Source of the DNA: the human T2T-CHM13v2.0 reference genome, Homo sapiens
NCBI RefSeq assembly: GCF_009914755.1
Contig: NC_060931.1
Direction: 5' to 3' (one strand)
Length of the DNA: 64,000 nt
In this document: positions 28,404-45,062 of the stretch, in pieces
Layout of the letters: the number at the start of each line of letters is the position of its first letter
Numbering within the stretch: the first letter of the stretch is position 1
Program-made: the position numbers and the translations under genes
The notes under the pieces: model-generated
Database searches by the model: none
Told to the model about the DNA's origin: nothing
The model's input: the letters and a program-made list of their open reading frames with translations, nothing else

Positions 28404-29611
28404 TATCTGTTGTCGATTTGCATGTCTTCTTTTAAGAAATATCTATTTTGATATTTTTTCTTATTTTTAATCTTTTGTTTTTGTTTTTGAGTTGTTTGAA
28501 TTCCTTGTATATTTTAGACATTAAATTTGCCATACGTATAGCTTGCAAATGTAGTCTCCCATTCTGTTGGCTATCTCTTGCTCTGTTGATTATTTCCATT
28601 GTTGTGTAGAAGGTTTTCAGTTTGATGTAATCTTATTTGCCTATATTTGATTTTGTTTGTCTGTCCTTTTGAGGTTGTATATTAAAAACATCTTTGCATA
28701 GACCAATCTCACAGAGCTTTTCCCTTATGTTTTCCTCTAGCACTTTTGTATTTCTGTGAAGGATGCCATCAGTATTTTGTTAGAGATTGTGTTAAATTAG
28801 TGTATTGCTTTGAGGTATATGGTCATTTTAAAAATATTAATTCTTCGAGTCCATGAACATGAGATATCTTTTCATTTTTTTGTGTGTTTTTTTCAATTAA
28901 TTTTATTAATATTCTGTAATTTTCATTTTAGAGATCTTTTACCTGCTTGGTTAAGTAGCTACTATCAAAAAATCAAAAGATGACAAGTGTTGGTGAGGAT
29001 GTAGAGAAAAAGGAACCTTTACATATTGCTAGTGGGGATATAAATTAGTACGTCCATTACAGAAAGCAGTATCAAAGTTCTTCAAAAAATTAAAAATAGA
29101 GCTACCCTATGATCCAGCAATCTCACTGCTGGGTAGAGAAAGAAGAAAAACAAGTATATCAAAGAGATATCTTCATTTTCATGTTTATCACAGCATTATT
29201 CACAATAGCCAAGATTTGGAATCAACCAAAATGTCTACCAATGGATGAATGGATTAAAAAATGTGGGGTATACATACATAGTGGAAGACTATCCAGCCAA
29301 AAATAAGAATGAAATCCTGTCATTTGTGGCAACATAGATAAACCTCGAGGACATTAAGTAAAATAAGCCATGTAAAGAAAGACATTGCATGATCTCATTC
29401 ATGTATGAATGATAGAAAGTTATTTTCACATAAGTAAAGAGTAGAATAATGGTTACTATAGGATGAGGAAGAATGAGGTGAGGGGCAATGGTGAGAAACT
29501 GAGCAATAGGTATAAAGCTACAGCTAGATAGGAGGATTAAGTTCTGGCGTTCTATTGCAGAGTAGGATGGCTAAAATTAACAATAATGCATTAAACAATT
29601 CAAAATAGCTA

Positions 29612-32504
<2,893 letters not shown>

Positions 32505-32767
32505 AAAATAGCTAGAAAATACGTTTTTGAATTTTCTCATTATGAGAAAATTAAAAATGTTTAAGGTAATAGATATGCTAATTATCCTCATTTGATCATT
32601 ACACAATGTATACATACATTGAAACATCACATTGTACCCCATAAATATGTGCAATTATGTGTCAATTATAAATTAAAGAAAAACTGATTTATAAGCTCTC
32701 TATTACATTATTTAAAACTAACATATTTTCCTCAGGATTATCTATCTATATGTCTTTTTATATCAAA

Positions 32768-32792
32768 TATATATATATATATATATATATAT
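32768..32792. repeat. (AT)n microsatellite
   Basis: Direct reading. Confidence 0.9.
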
Positions 32793-32819
32793 GGTTTCTG
32801 TGTTCATCCCCTATACATG

Positions 32820-33632
32820 TTGCCTCTAAAACGTATCTCGATTCTGTCTACATCTCTTCTTATCCACTCTTATCACCTATACCTGAGTCATAAACCAGTA
32901 CCATCTCTATCTTGAACTATTAGACTGGCTACCTAACTGGTCTCCCTGTTTCCATTTTGCCTCCACAACCCATCTACCATAAAGCAGAAAACCTTAATTG
33001 GATCCTTTCAATAATCTCCCATTACCCTCACAATTAAATCTAAATTCCTCTCGACAGCTTACAAAGCTCTGAACAAATTTACATTTGCTTGTTTCTCCCA
33101 CCTTCAATTTGTCCCTCAGCCACTCTCACTCTCTGTATTTCTGCTTCATCATTTTAGCCTTTTCTTAGCTGATACATCAAGGTTTATCTCCTTAGAACTT
33201 TGACCCATGTGACTCCTTTTACTTAGAGGGCTTCTCCACCCAACCTTGTTGGTGGTTGTATTCTCTTGGTCATTGTATTCTCTTGGTCCTCAGTATCTTG
33301 GCTTAGATGTTACTTCCTCAACAAGATTGTCCCTGCCATCCAATTTAAAACAAGTTCTCTTCCAACATTCTGTCTCAGCCCTCTAATTTTCCCTCATAGC
33401 ACCTTTTTTATAACTGTGAATAATGCTTTTATTTATTTACTTACTCCTTATGATCTATCTATATGGAGCTATATTTTACATACATATATATATAAATAAA
33501 ATAGATAACTATACTACCTATATGGAGCTTATCTATATGCTCCATATAAGCAGGGCCCGAGGCGATTTTGTTTAGAACTCCCTACCTAGTACCTAAAAGA
33601 GTAGTTTCTCAATAAATATTTATAGATAAATG
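32820..33632 (+). mobile_element. L2 3' fragment
   Basis: CCTAACTGGTCTCCCTG, AAATCTAAATTCCT..CTTACAAAGCTCTG and 3' end CTCAATAAATATTT resemble L2. Confidence 0.65.
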
Positions 33633-33989
33633 TATAGTTTTGGATGCTATCACTGCTCACATTTACCACATATATCCTTTTCTCTCACTATATTATACTC
33701 ATTATTGAAAACCTATTTATCACAGCCAAGAATTGCACTAAAAATTTATATGCATATAGATACATTCCTTTTTTTAAACAGCTAATATGATACGACTTCT
33801 TTTTACTATGTACTACCTTGCAGTGAAGATGAGGCCCTATTCAACTTTAAGTGCACATGTGAAAAATGTAGGATAATTATGGTATAGCAACATTTGACTC
33901 TTTCATTTTCCTCCTGTGTAGTTTTGGATTAAGATCCATTTGGACTGCATTGGTACACTGCCATGGAAGACATGAGAATAGGAAGTAAA

Positions 33990-34430
33990 TGTAAAGAATA
34001 AAAGCCCAGAAGTAGATGCTTTGTATTCTAATCTTAGCTCTATCATTATAAGGATTTAAGATTTTGGGAAAATAATCACATTTCTTTGGTTCTCAGTTTG
34101 TTCTTTCTAAAATAGGTTTAAAAAATGTTTTTCAAGTCTCAAAAAGTATTGAAATTCTGAGACTAGTTTCATGAACTTTTCAGTTTGCTAATAATAAAAT
34201 AACGATTGTCATTGTAGTAAAGGCTAGCATTTATGGAAGATTCATAATGTGTCCAGCATGATCTCATTAATCCTCACAACTTTCAGTTGAGAGTTTTACT
34301 ACTGGTAATTCTTTTACAAAGATAAGGAAGCACAGAGATGTTGAGTAACTTGCGCAAGTTTTCATATCTCTAAGGGATGGTCAAGCAAGTGGCCTCGTCT
34401 AGGACCCCATCTTCTTAATCACTGAACTAT
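33990..34430. mobile_element. Two MIR fragments in opposite orientations
   Basis: TTCTCAGTTTGTTCTTTCTAAAATAGG (sense-like) and ATCTCATTAATCCTCACAAC..GAGTAACTTGCGCAAG (antisense-like). Confidence 0.55.
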
Positions 34431-35067
34431 GGTACATCTTCTGTAATAGTAATTTTACTCGTAATTGTTCCCTGCCAAGGGTGTTCCTAGGATGCTCAGA
34501 ATTAACTTACAGGCTTACTGGTGACCTGCGCTCTCAGAAGTGTCAATTACACGTATGTGTTTATCTTGTTATGTCTCTTCAGAGCCTCAATAAGGGGAGC
34601 CTAAGCCCACTTACATCTCTTCGGTTTGGTCTCTGTAGTAGTGGTTGGTTGGTTTATGGATAAACTAGATCACATCTGCCTGGCAGTCCTGCCCAGCAGG
34701 TCTGGTCCACCCCAGCTATTTCTCAGATGTCTTTATTGATTTTTGCATTGCTTTTGGCTTGTTTTCAGCACATCACTTTAGTGTCTTACTTGACAGCCCT
34801 CTGGCCTATTCACTGTTGAATTGTTGTTCAGGAATGTGGTCACTTGCCCTGCCTACACAATAGAGCTGACTTTCTACTGTGCTCTGATCAGCTTGACACT
34901 TTAAAGGGGTGATCATATGAATGTGGTAGAAGTTTCCATGGCCGTGATTCAGTAATACCTAGCAAAATGGGTCACAGATTGCATCGATATTAACCAACCT
35001 ATTTAGTTCAACTAATAGGTATAATTGAGTATTTACTATCAGGCCACCACAGAATTAGGAATACAGT

Positions 35068-35121
<54 letters not shown>

Positions 35122-35140
35122 CAGATATATATATATATAT
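35068..35140. repeat. (GATA)13 GACA GATA followed by (TA)n tetranucleotide STR
   Basis: 13 perfect GATA units at 35068-35119. Confidence 0.95.
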
Positions 35141-35344
35141 CCCTTAAAGAATGTATAATATTTCATGGGAAAATGTTTATTTAATAAAGATCTTAAATAA
35201 CTATTAGGATAGTATAAGTTCAAGTGCTGGAATGAATGTTATAAACAATGTGTGCAGTTGGAATTTTTAAAAAGCATATGGCCATAAACAGGAGTTGATG
35301 GTGAATGCTTAATGGAACATATAAGGATATTTGGCCTACTATAG

Positions 35345-35570
35345 GAAGTAGTTTAGCATAGGGTTAAAAGCATGAGTAGGCCTAGTCAGAAGACTAAATT
35401 AAAATCTGAATTCCTCTATTCACTAACTGAATGGGTTTGGACATGTTACCAAATTTCTATAGATTCCAATTTAATTACTTGTAAAATGAGAATGGTAGTA
35501 TTTACCTTATAAAGTTGTAATCAAGAATAAGGTGAATAATATACATATACACAATTTAGTGGTGCAATAT
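35345..35570 (+). mobile_element. MIR
   Basis: AGCATAGGGTTAAAAGCATG...ACTTGTAAAATGAGAATGGTAGTATTTACCTTATAAAGTTGT. Confidence 0.6.
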
Positions 35571-38500
35571 AGATTTTACTAATTTCCATTGGCTTATATT
35601 ATAAAGAATGGATAGTATTTGCATGAGAGGATGGGCCGGGAAAGAATTTCAGAAAAGGGAATAGTATGGATATGGCCAGGAGCTGGGAATGAACATAACA
35701 GGTGCCCAGGAAGGAGATAAAACCTGCTTCACTGGAATCTGTAATAGTCGAGTACCCTTAGATTCTCAGACACTCTGTTCCACTATTTGATTTTGGACAA
35801 AGAACAACACTAATGCTGCTGTAATTTACCAAGAATTTCACTCTGTCTACAAAAAGAATTAAATACTATTCTTAGTTTGAAGCATTGATTTTTGTCTGTG
35901 TGGCACATTGCTCCATTACCATTCCTGTCAGTCTTCCAAAAGATGCTCTCACTTTCTTAATACAAGTTGTTATCTCCCTGTCAAATGATGCCTCAATGCA
36001 AGGAACATTCCCAAGTTACACCAATACAGATACAAGTTTTAGCTTTGGACCACTGATAGGCTAGTAACCCAAAGGCAGGAAAAACTGTAATTTGTCTCTG
36101 CCCTTTACCTGGTATATGGTGCTCTGAATAATTTCTTTTCATTTTCATGAGATTGTCTTTGTGTCCTTTACAGTGCATTTTATCAGCAGCTACAATGAGA
36201 TGTGCAATGAGAGAGTTAGAATATATTTGAGCCTTTCCATAAAGGCACGGATGAGAAACAGCAGGCTTGCTGCATAAAAGGCAGAGCTGAACTGCAACAA
36301 GCTAATCTCTTCATGTTGGAAAATCACTCCTTCTTTCTTTTTGCAAACAATGGAAAATTCTTTCACAATTTCCATGGAGTCTGCAAAATGGAAATACAGT
36401 CAGACAGCCTATAAGAGAAATAGTGTTGATGTTTTCAGAAAGCTAATGTGAGCAACTAACCTTTTTATCTGAGAAACTCATAATACCTCCAGAGAGTCAC
36501 ATGGCTAGCAGATCCTTCCAACCAAGCTTTGCTTTAATCCTTTCTAATGCTTGCAGCATCCCTGTTCTATCTACATTATTCCTCCCTTTTGGTCCAATGC
36601 ACATAGAATGTGTGGAATCCTCTGTACAGTTTATGTTGCCAGGTATTCCATGCTTCACTGCCCTGCACCACTAAGCAATCTAATTATCCCACACTAGAGG
36701 TATTGTGGCAAAGGAAAAAGAAGGGTACTGCAAACTGTGGTGTTTTGGTGTGCACAGGCTTAAAGAGAGAAAGAGGTAGCAAGGTTTAATGGTTCTCACT
36801 CATACAATATAGAGCTTCTTGTGAGCACAGATAGTTTATCTGGATGGTACAGAGAGCATTTTGCAACTTCTGACTTAATATTCAAATGCTTAAGACTTGC
36901 ACATGTTGCCACACATAACTTTGTCTATGCAATAGCAAAACATTTAGAGTAAAAGCAGAATGCAAACAAATCATCTAAAACTCTAGGATTTCGGAGATAT
37001 GTAACAAAAGAGCCATGAGATTAGGTGAAATGTTTACATTCCTTTAGAATGTTTCGGCATCTCACATAGAGCCTCTGATGACTTAGCAGAGTAAAAGACA
37101 AAGAGCAGCCACCTTCTTTAGTTTCTAACTGGTAAATGTCTGCCTGCAATTTTTTTTAGGCCTTAGAAGGCCTCAAACAGACAGAGCTAGGGTATGGTGG
37201 GCTCCATTTCCCTCTCAGGCACTGACAGCGCTCAGCCCACACAGAATATCCTAATGCCACAGCAGTGCTCATAGACCAGAATGTGATCACAGACAATGGT
37301 AGAGAGACAATGGATCACCCTATCTTAATGCCACCCTTGGGAATTAAAATCCCATATTTTTTTTAAAAACTCATTTTTAATAAAGCCAAACAGCCCACTG
37401 ATAATTTCTCTTTTTTGCTTAGAACACAACAACTTCTCAAATATTCTGTCTACAAGATTGGGAAGGACTGGTCATGCAACTGAACATTTGAGGGCATGTG
37501 AATATTGTGTCAGAATCTTTGCTTATGAAAATCCAATCTCTGCTGAGCCTCCAAACTTAAAAATTCTGCAGTCAAAGAAGACTTGAAAATGTATAAATCA
37601 TGACTTTGCTCCTAGATATTTAGCCACAGTGATGAGGTGGTTAGCATCCCATACCACCTGCATCCTAATAGGCTATAAGCTATTTTGGTTTTTCTGAGGC
37701 TTCACTGAAAGCAAAGAGGATAGATAAGCAGAATGCTCTATCTTTAGTATTCAGGACTTAGAACTGCACTATAAGCCATCTCTTATGCCTTGCTGCCAGC
37801 ACAGACTTGCAGGGGGATCCTACTATAATGAATAGCTTTAGAATAGTATCCAAAGTGTTCTTAAAGTAAGAGGTCACAGGCTGGTTAATGCCTGTAGTGC
37901 TCTTAACAGTTGTCTCTAGGTTCCTCATTGTTAGGAGTCCTGAGGTGATTGTAACTATGATAGTCATGGATAACACATGGAGAAGGTAGAGCTCATGCAT
38001 GCCTTATATACTCAACAGCCATGCGCTTTGTTCTTGGCCAGTTTTTAACTATGCTTTAAGATTGTCTACCCCTAGTTAGACATATTTTTTTCTACTGTTG
38101 TCTTAGTCCTAGAAGTGTGATAGGGGAAGAGCTGACATCTGGCAGCACAGATCCTGTGGGACTTATAAAACTGACAGATGTCATATGTAAGAAGCTTGCT
38201 TTGCATTTGACACCCAATGATGTTATGAAAAAGTAATTCTTAATGCAAACTGAAAACCAGATTTTTAACATCCTTTTCAAAAACAAGTTGAAATTATAAA
38301 ACATCTCTCTTACAACTTCTGTAAGAATGCTTGCTACATTCATGCTGCAAATAACATTGAAACATTTGTTATATATTGAATTCAGAGAAGAGTTCATAGA
38401 AAGCAGACTTTGGGTTTGACCTAGAGCTAATCTCTTTTAAATTGATCTTAGAGTTTCTTGCCTTGTTTTAAACAGAACCTAGGGAATGGTTAGTTTGGAA

Positions 38501-38889
38501 AGAAAAAAATAAGATATAGTTTCTTAATAACCAGTATGACATTTTTATTGTTCACATTCACCCTTAGCTACTTCTTGACACCCACAGGATAACAGTGCTG
38601 TTTCACAGATTCACAGTGGGGCACAAACAAGCTTGCATGGTTCTAAAGAGACACCTCTCCTTTCTGCTTCCTGGTCAACTCATGTGGGAAGGCCTGGAGC
38701 ATAATTAGCGCTAATTAAGGAACCTCTCACTGTAGTGAAAACTCTTAATCTCTAGAGAAAGCAAAAGATGCCCTATAAAAATATTTCCTTCTTCCATCAC
38801 ATGTTAGCTTTGTATCGGGGCAACTTGACAATGGAGACCAATTGTGCAGAAGTATTAACTATATGTGCACATTTATCATCTAAATCTGC

Positions 38890-40030
38890 TTTCATTCAGC
38901 AAAGATGTATTGAGTGCTTATTATATGCTAAGCATCATTTCTAGTACTATGGATGGGGGAGAAATAAAAAAGACAAAAATCTCAGCCCTCAGGTAATTTT
39001 TATTCCAGTAGAGGAGACAAACTATAAGCAACAAAAATAAGTAAAATACAAATAATGCTAAATAGTGATAAGGAGAAAAAGAAAAGAGCCAGGCATGTGA
39101 AAGCAGGAAACGATTATTAAAATTTTAGGTAGGATACTTAGGAAGAATCACTGAGAAAACAATTTTTGAGTAAATAACTAAGGGAAGTGAAGAAGCAAGC
39201 TGTATTAGTTCATTCTTGCACTGCTATAAAGAACGACTTGAGACTGCGTAATTTATAAAGAAAAGAGGTTTAATTGGCTCATGGTTCTGCAGGCTGTACA
39301 GGAAGCACGGCTGGGGAGGCCTCAGGAAACTTGCAATCATGGTGGAAGGCAAAGGGGAAGCAGGCATGTCTTACATGGCAGCAGGAGGAAGAGAAAAGGG
39401 GGAGGTGCCACACACATTTAAACAACCAGATGTCATGAGAACTCACTATCACAAGAACAGCAAGGGAGAAATCTGACCCCATGATCCAATCACCTCCCAC
39501 TAGGCCCTTCTTCCAATATTGGGGATGACAATGCAACAGGAGATTTGCATGGGGACACAAATCCAAACCATATCACAAGCCATGGAATTTATCTGGCGAA
39601 AGAGCACTCCAGTCAGAGAAAATAGCAAGTGCAAAATCCCTGAGGCATGGCATGTTTAAGGAATAGTAAAGACAGCCGTATGCACAGGGCAGAGCAAGTG
39701 GTGGCAGGTTGGGAGGAGAAGAGGTTAGAGGTCAGATTATGTAGGGCCCTCGGATCATTGTAAGAACTTCAACTTTTACTCTAAATGAGATGGGAAACTG
39801 GGAGAGGATTTTAAGCAAAGTAGTTACATGATCTTACCTACATTTTAACAATATTACACAGGCTGATGTGCTAAAACCAGACCGTATGATGATCAAGGCT
39901 AAGGGAACCAGGTAAGAGGCTAAGATAGAAGCAGAGGGGCCAGGTAAAAGCTTATTGCAATAAGAGATGATGGGTACCAGAGTGTTGATGGTATGGACTT
40001 GTGAGACAGGGTTGGATTCTAGATACATGC
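38890..40030 (-). mobile_element. L2 3' region, interrupted by MSTA
   Basis: TTCATTCAGCAAAGATGTATTGAGTGCTTA is an antisense L2 tail; sequence continues after 39576. Confidence 0.75.
39201..39575 (-). mobile_element. MSTA (MaLR) solo LTR
   Basis: TGTATTAGTT...GGCTGTACAGGAAGCA...ATCCAAACCATATCA with perfect TSD CAAGC (39196-39200, 39576-39580). Confidence 0.92.
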
Positions 40031-40489
40031 ATATATATGGCTTTAAACAAACTTAATATTAGGCCAAGCTAACAATTATCAGAAAGCCCTTTTAGATACT
40101 CACAGGGCATGCAAGATACATGATGACGTCTTCTGCAAACATATGTAGTGAAAAGATCTATATAAATTCATATACATTCCCACACTTATTTACATTCCCT
40201 ACTCGGGTTGCATATTTATTCTTAGTTATGCCATTAAAAGAAACATCTTAAATCAAACAACTTTGATGACTTAAATTTTGAGTTCCTCAGGAAATGCATA
40301 TTAGATATACACATAATTTTGGAATACATTTTCATATTTAAGTATAATTACTAAATGGAAATTCACCATTGGCTTCTAATACCCTTAGTCTCTATAGCAT
40401 TTCTCTGCCATAATTTGTGGAAAACATAAAACTCTGGTCCTCTTATACCACACCTGTCTCAGAGTATTAGTTTTTTAGTCTTAAACACA

Positions 40490-40841
40490 ATGTTTTCAGA
40501 CCTTTGTTTAGAAGTCATTGTTTGCAGAAGTGAGCTGCCTCACATAACATTACATTCCCTCCTTGGGGGACAGCTCACATCCAATGACTGGTCCATGCAG
40601 GGCACAAAGATACAGCCCTTGCTTCGATTCATAACCCTGAAAGGCCATGCCAACTCCAGAGCTACCCATGGACTTGGCCAAGGCCACTGTTGCAACTGCA
40701 TCATAGTTTATGTTTTCCCTCCACCTGTCTTGCCTCTCTCAATCCCTCCCAGGCGTTGTTTCTAAGAGCACATAGCCAATAAACCTACAGCATGCAAATC
40801 TCCATCTCAGGGTTTGTTTTCTGGAGACTTAACCTAAGATA
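40490..40841 (+). mobile_element. LTR16-like (ERVL) LTR
   Basis: 3' end AATAAACCT..CATGCAAATCTCCATCTCAGGGTTTGTTTTCTGGAGACTTAACCTAAGATA. Confidence 0.7.
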
Positions 40842-41321
40842 TCATGACCTTATTTATACAACTGTTGCTTAATAAAATTGAATATTGAAACCACAGATAC
40901 AGCCAAGGTATCAGCCACCTAAACATAATAACAATAACACGGACTTATCAAAAGGAATGACTGTTAACTAGTACTACTTAAATTTTAATTCTGATCTAAT
41001 CTCCAAATTGCTTACTATATCAGTTCACGGTTTACCTTACGAAAAATACTTTTAAAAATGAGCAACTAATCTTCAAGACAAAATGGTTCACCACTGTAAA
41101 AAATATAAGTCCTACTTTGCAGACTACAGCAAACACATACAGAGAAATAAAAAGATATGTGTCTTAGAAGTCAGAAGTATATAACATAATTACCTGAGCA
41201 TGCACATATCTTGGAAGGATATCAAGACAGTTGTATTTGAAATTATTCTCTAACTTCCACAGCAACTCAACCATTAATGAAATAACGAGCGCTACCAAAG
41301 TCTTTTACTGAAAGGAAAAAA

Positions 41322-41348
41322 TGTGTGTGTGTGTGTGTGTGTGTGTGT
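41322..41348. repeat. (TG)n microsatellite
   Basis: Direct reading. Confidence 0.93.
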
Positions 41349-42957
41349 TTCAAGTTCATATCTGCAGGGTGTATCTATTCATAGGTGACTATGCTTTGAA
41401 ATGCTCTCTTGGCTGGAGATTCTTTCATGAAGTATTTTAAACACAAAGAAATGTTGCCTGCTATTGGAGACCCTGTATGCCACTGTCAGTTCACCTCCCT
41501 GAAAACAGAAGAGAGGTTTGTAATATAATATACACTAGTAATGGCAGTAACTGTGATAATATATGACATAGCTATAGCAATTTTAATTATGCATCACAAA
41601 ATGCTTTATATATGCATAAATAAATAAATGCAAAATTAGAGTATAGTGAGTTAAAATTATCTTTTTTCTCATTTGTTTGCCTAAAAGCACCTCAAGATCA
41701 GAGAGTCTCAACATCTCTCTCTCTCTCTCTCTCTGTTTCCCTCTCTCTCTCATTTTGATTTTGAATTTGGAAGTGATTTTTTTTCTTACTGTTTTTCATG
41801 AAAACTGGGTAAATATTGTTCTTTTGGAAACTGTATGATCACAATAAATCACTGAGATGAGACACTTAACAATTCTGAGATTAACAATGTGGGAACAGTT
41901 CATTATTCCTACAAGATTTATCTTGTCATACTTGGAGCTAAATAATTTTATTTTATACTGTTAGAATGAACTAGAAAGAATCTTTTAAAATCACCTAATA
42001 CAAATTACTAACTTTTCAGAAGAAAAATTCAGGCCCAACAAGATAAAGTTATTTATTTAAAGGTTATAGAGCTATTTATGGTAGGATCAAAGCTAGAAAT
42101 CCAGCAATTCTTCCTTTCAGGATAATAAACTGAGCACAAATTTAGCTTTTTCCCTCACAACATACCACAATGTAAAGGAAGTGATATAAGAAGAAGTATA
42201 ATTTCATAATTGTTCTAGGAATTCAGAGAGTACATCAGCAGCAGAACAGAAATGTGGAGGAATTTTTAGAAGCTATAACTGGGCTTTTCTGTCTCATGGA
42301 TCCATCTGTCTTAATGTCAAGTTTAGCCTTGTCTCTCTCCTGCCCCGTGCAATGAGACCACCTAAGAGGATCTTCCTGCTTATAAACAAGGGTGTGATTT
42401 TTCATATTATCTGCCTGCTACCCAGTAAAAAAATTCACATAAGCGTAATAAATAGATCATTCTGCCCATTTGCCCTCAGTGAATCCAGGTTTACTAGGTC
42501 CATTCAATGAAGCCTCTGAAACCACACTGCTTGGATATGGAACTAGGACTGAACCATACTGCCTACATAGTCCTGAACATAGTATTTGTTTCCATGGACT
42601 CAATTTACTTATCTGTAAAGAGCTGATAATAAAAGAACCTACTCTTTCAGCTATAATTATTTGCTGTTTTTATTATTGTCATGTATTTCTCTAAGTCTCT
42701 AATACAAACAATAAGCAGAATTCTTTAAACTGATGGACTCTAATAGATTCTGAAACCAAAGCAAAGAACTATACACTCTACAAGAGGTGCCAGAGAGGAT
42801 CAGCAAGGATGAGTCTTGTTCCTCCACATAAAGATACTGAGAAACTCTGCACTAACTATAAAGAATAGGAGTAAAGAATGTAAAGATTATCAGAATAAGT
42901 AGTTAAAAAACTGTCAAAAACCCAAGATAGGACCACATATATACCCACATATAATAA

Positions 42958-43333
<376 letters not shown>

Positions 43334-43432
43334 AACTGGCTGATGATTTAAGTGATCTGGGCAAGAGGTAGACACACAAATTTTTACCAGCTCTTTGGGT
43401 AAGTCTGAGGTTAAAGACTGTTTTCTAAATTA

Positions 43433-43618
43433 ATCATTCTTAAAGTGTGGTCCCTGGTTTAGCAGCATCGCCATCATTTAGGAACTAATTAGAAGTGAAA
43501 ATTATTTGACCTGCGCTAAACATGCTGAATTAGAAACGTTGGATATGGGGCCCAGTAACTTGTGTTGTAACAAGCATTTTGAGTAATTCCAATGAATGCT
43601 TGTTTGAGAAACACTGCT
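43433..43618. mobile_element. MER5A-like hAT-Charlie MITE
   Basis: TTCTTAAAGTGTGGTCC..AGCAGCATC..TGAATTAGAAAC..GGGGCCCAG..TTTGAGAAACACTG. Confidence 0.75.
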
Positions 43619-44629
43619 CTTAGTGATATGGAGGCTCTAACTGGAGGGAGCCCTTATTAATCTGGGGATTTGGGTCAGAGTCTAAATGAAAACAAAACAA
43701 ACAACAAAAGCTCCTTTGAAATCATTAGAAAAAAATTGAGAAGACTTTATGACCTTGACATAATCAAGAACTTTTTATATAAGACATAAGCAACCTAACC
43801 AATGAAAGAAATAGATTGATAAATTTAAAATGTAATAGGACAGAATAAACAGTTGGCAATTTGATTTTCTCACTTGCAACACACATGTCAGAGTCCATAG
43901 ATACTTCACAAGGTTCCCTTATATTTTGGCTTTCCAGTCCAAAACTAGTTTGATTGATTACAAGCTTTTCTTTTAAAAACTTCACTCAGCCAATTAATAG
44001 ATTAGTGAAAATTTGACTACTATGTAAATAATCAACTCTTCGTTATTAATTTAATAATGCTAAGGAAATGTTCTAAACATATCATTTGACTAATAATTGA
44101 AAATGACTAAGTTTTTTTAATGATTTTCTGAATATCACTTGGGCAAAGAAAAATAGGCCAGAAAATAGAGCAATTCAGGAAGACTAGATTGTTGATATTA
44201 ATCTTATGAATTATGCAGAGGTTCAAACACTCTGCTACTGTGTGTGTAAAATTTGTACAGTAAATAAACATGAAGTTTACATGCTGTTGAGCTAAGGTGA
44301 TCTTAGAGGCTAAGAACCAAGGATACTGGATTTCTTCTTTTTTAGAAAATGAAAAAATATATGAGAAGAAATCAGTATTTACATACCCCATACACAGAAT
44401 TGATTAATGTTAATGTCACTTTGTTAAAGATTAATAATAATATGGAATAATAAATAAATCATAATAGATGAAGTAGAACTCCTGTTTGTATGTTCCTCCA
44501 GTTCTTACCTTCCCAACGTAAAAGCAACCTCTCTGCAAAATTACTGGAGATATGCTGACTATATCTCCAGTATTTATTTTCTTTTACCATTTGATAACAT
44601 AGATACCCATAAATAATATATAGTACGTA

Positions 44630-45062
44630 ACTGTTAATTTATGTTGCTGTAACAGAATGCCTGAGGTTCTTTCTGTTGCTATAAACAGAATTTACAAAGG
44701 AAAAGAGTTTATTTTTGCTCATGGTTCTGGAGGCTGGAAATACCAAAAATATGGTGCTGGCATCAGCTTCTGCTGAAGGCCTCCTTGCTGCTTTATAATG
44801 TGGAAGGCACCGCTTGGCAACAAAGGAGGCAAAGGAAGACAGAGGAAGGCCAACTCACTTTTATAGCAACTCCCTCTTGTGATAACTAACACCCTTAATT
44901 CATTAGCGCCCCCCACGAGAACTAATTTACTCCCATGAGGTGGCTATTAATCCCTTGATGAGGGCAGAGTCGCCATGACCCAAATACCCCTTAGTGGTCT
45001 CACTACTTGTCAACATTGTTACATTGAGGACCAAATTTCAATATGAGTTTACAACCATAGCA
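44630..45062 (-). mobile_element. MST-type MaLR LTR
   Basis: GCTCATGGTTCTGGAGGCTGG..GATAACTAAC..ATGAGGGCAGAG..AAATTTCAATATGAGTTT..ACCATAGCA. Confidence 0.7.
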
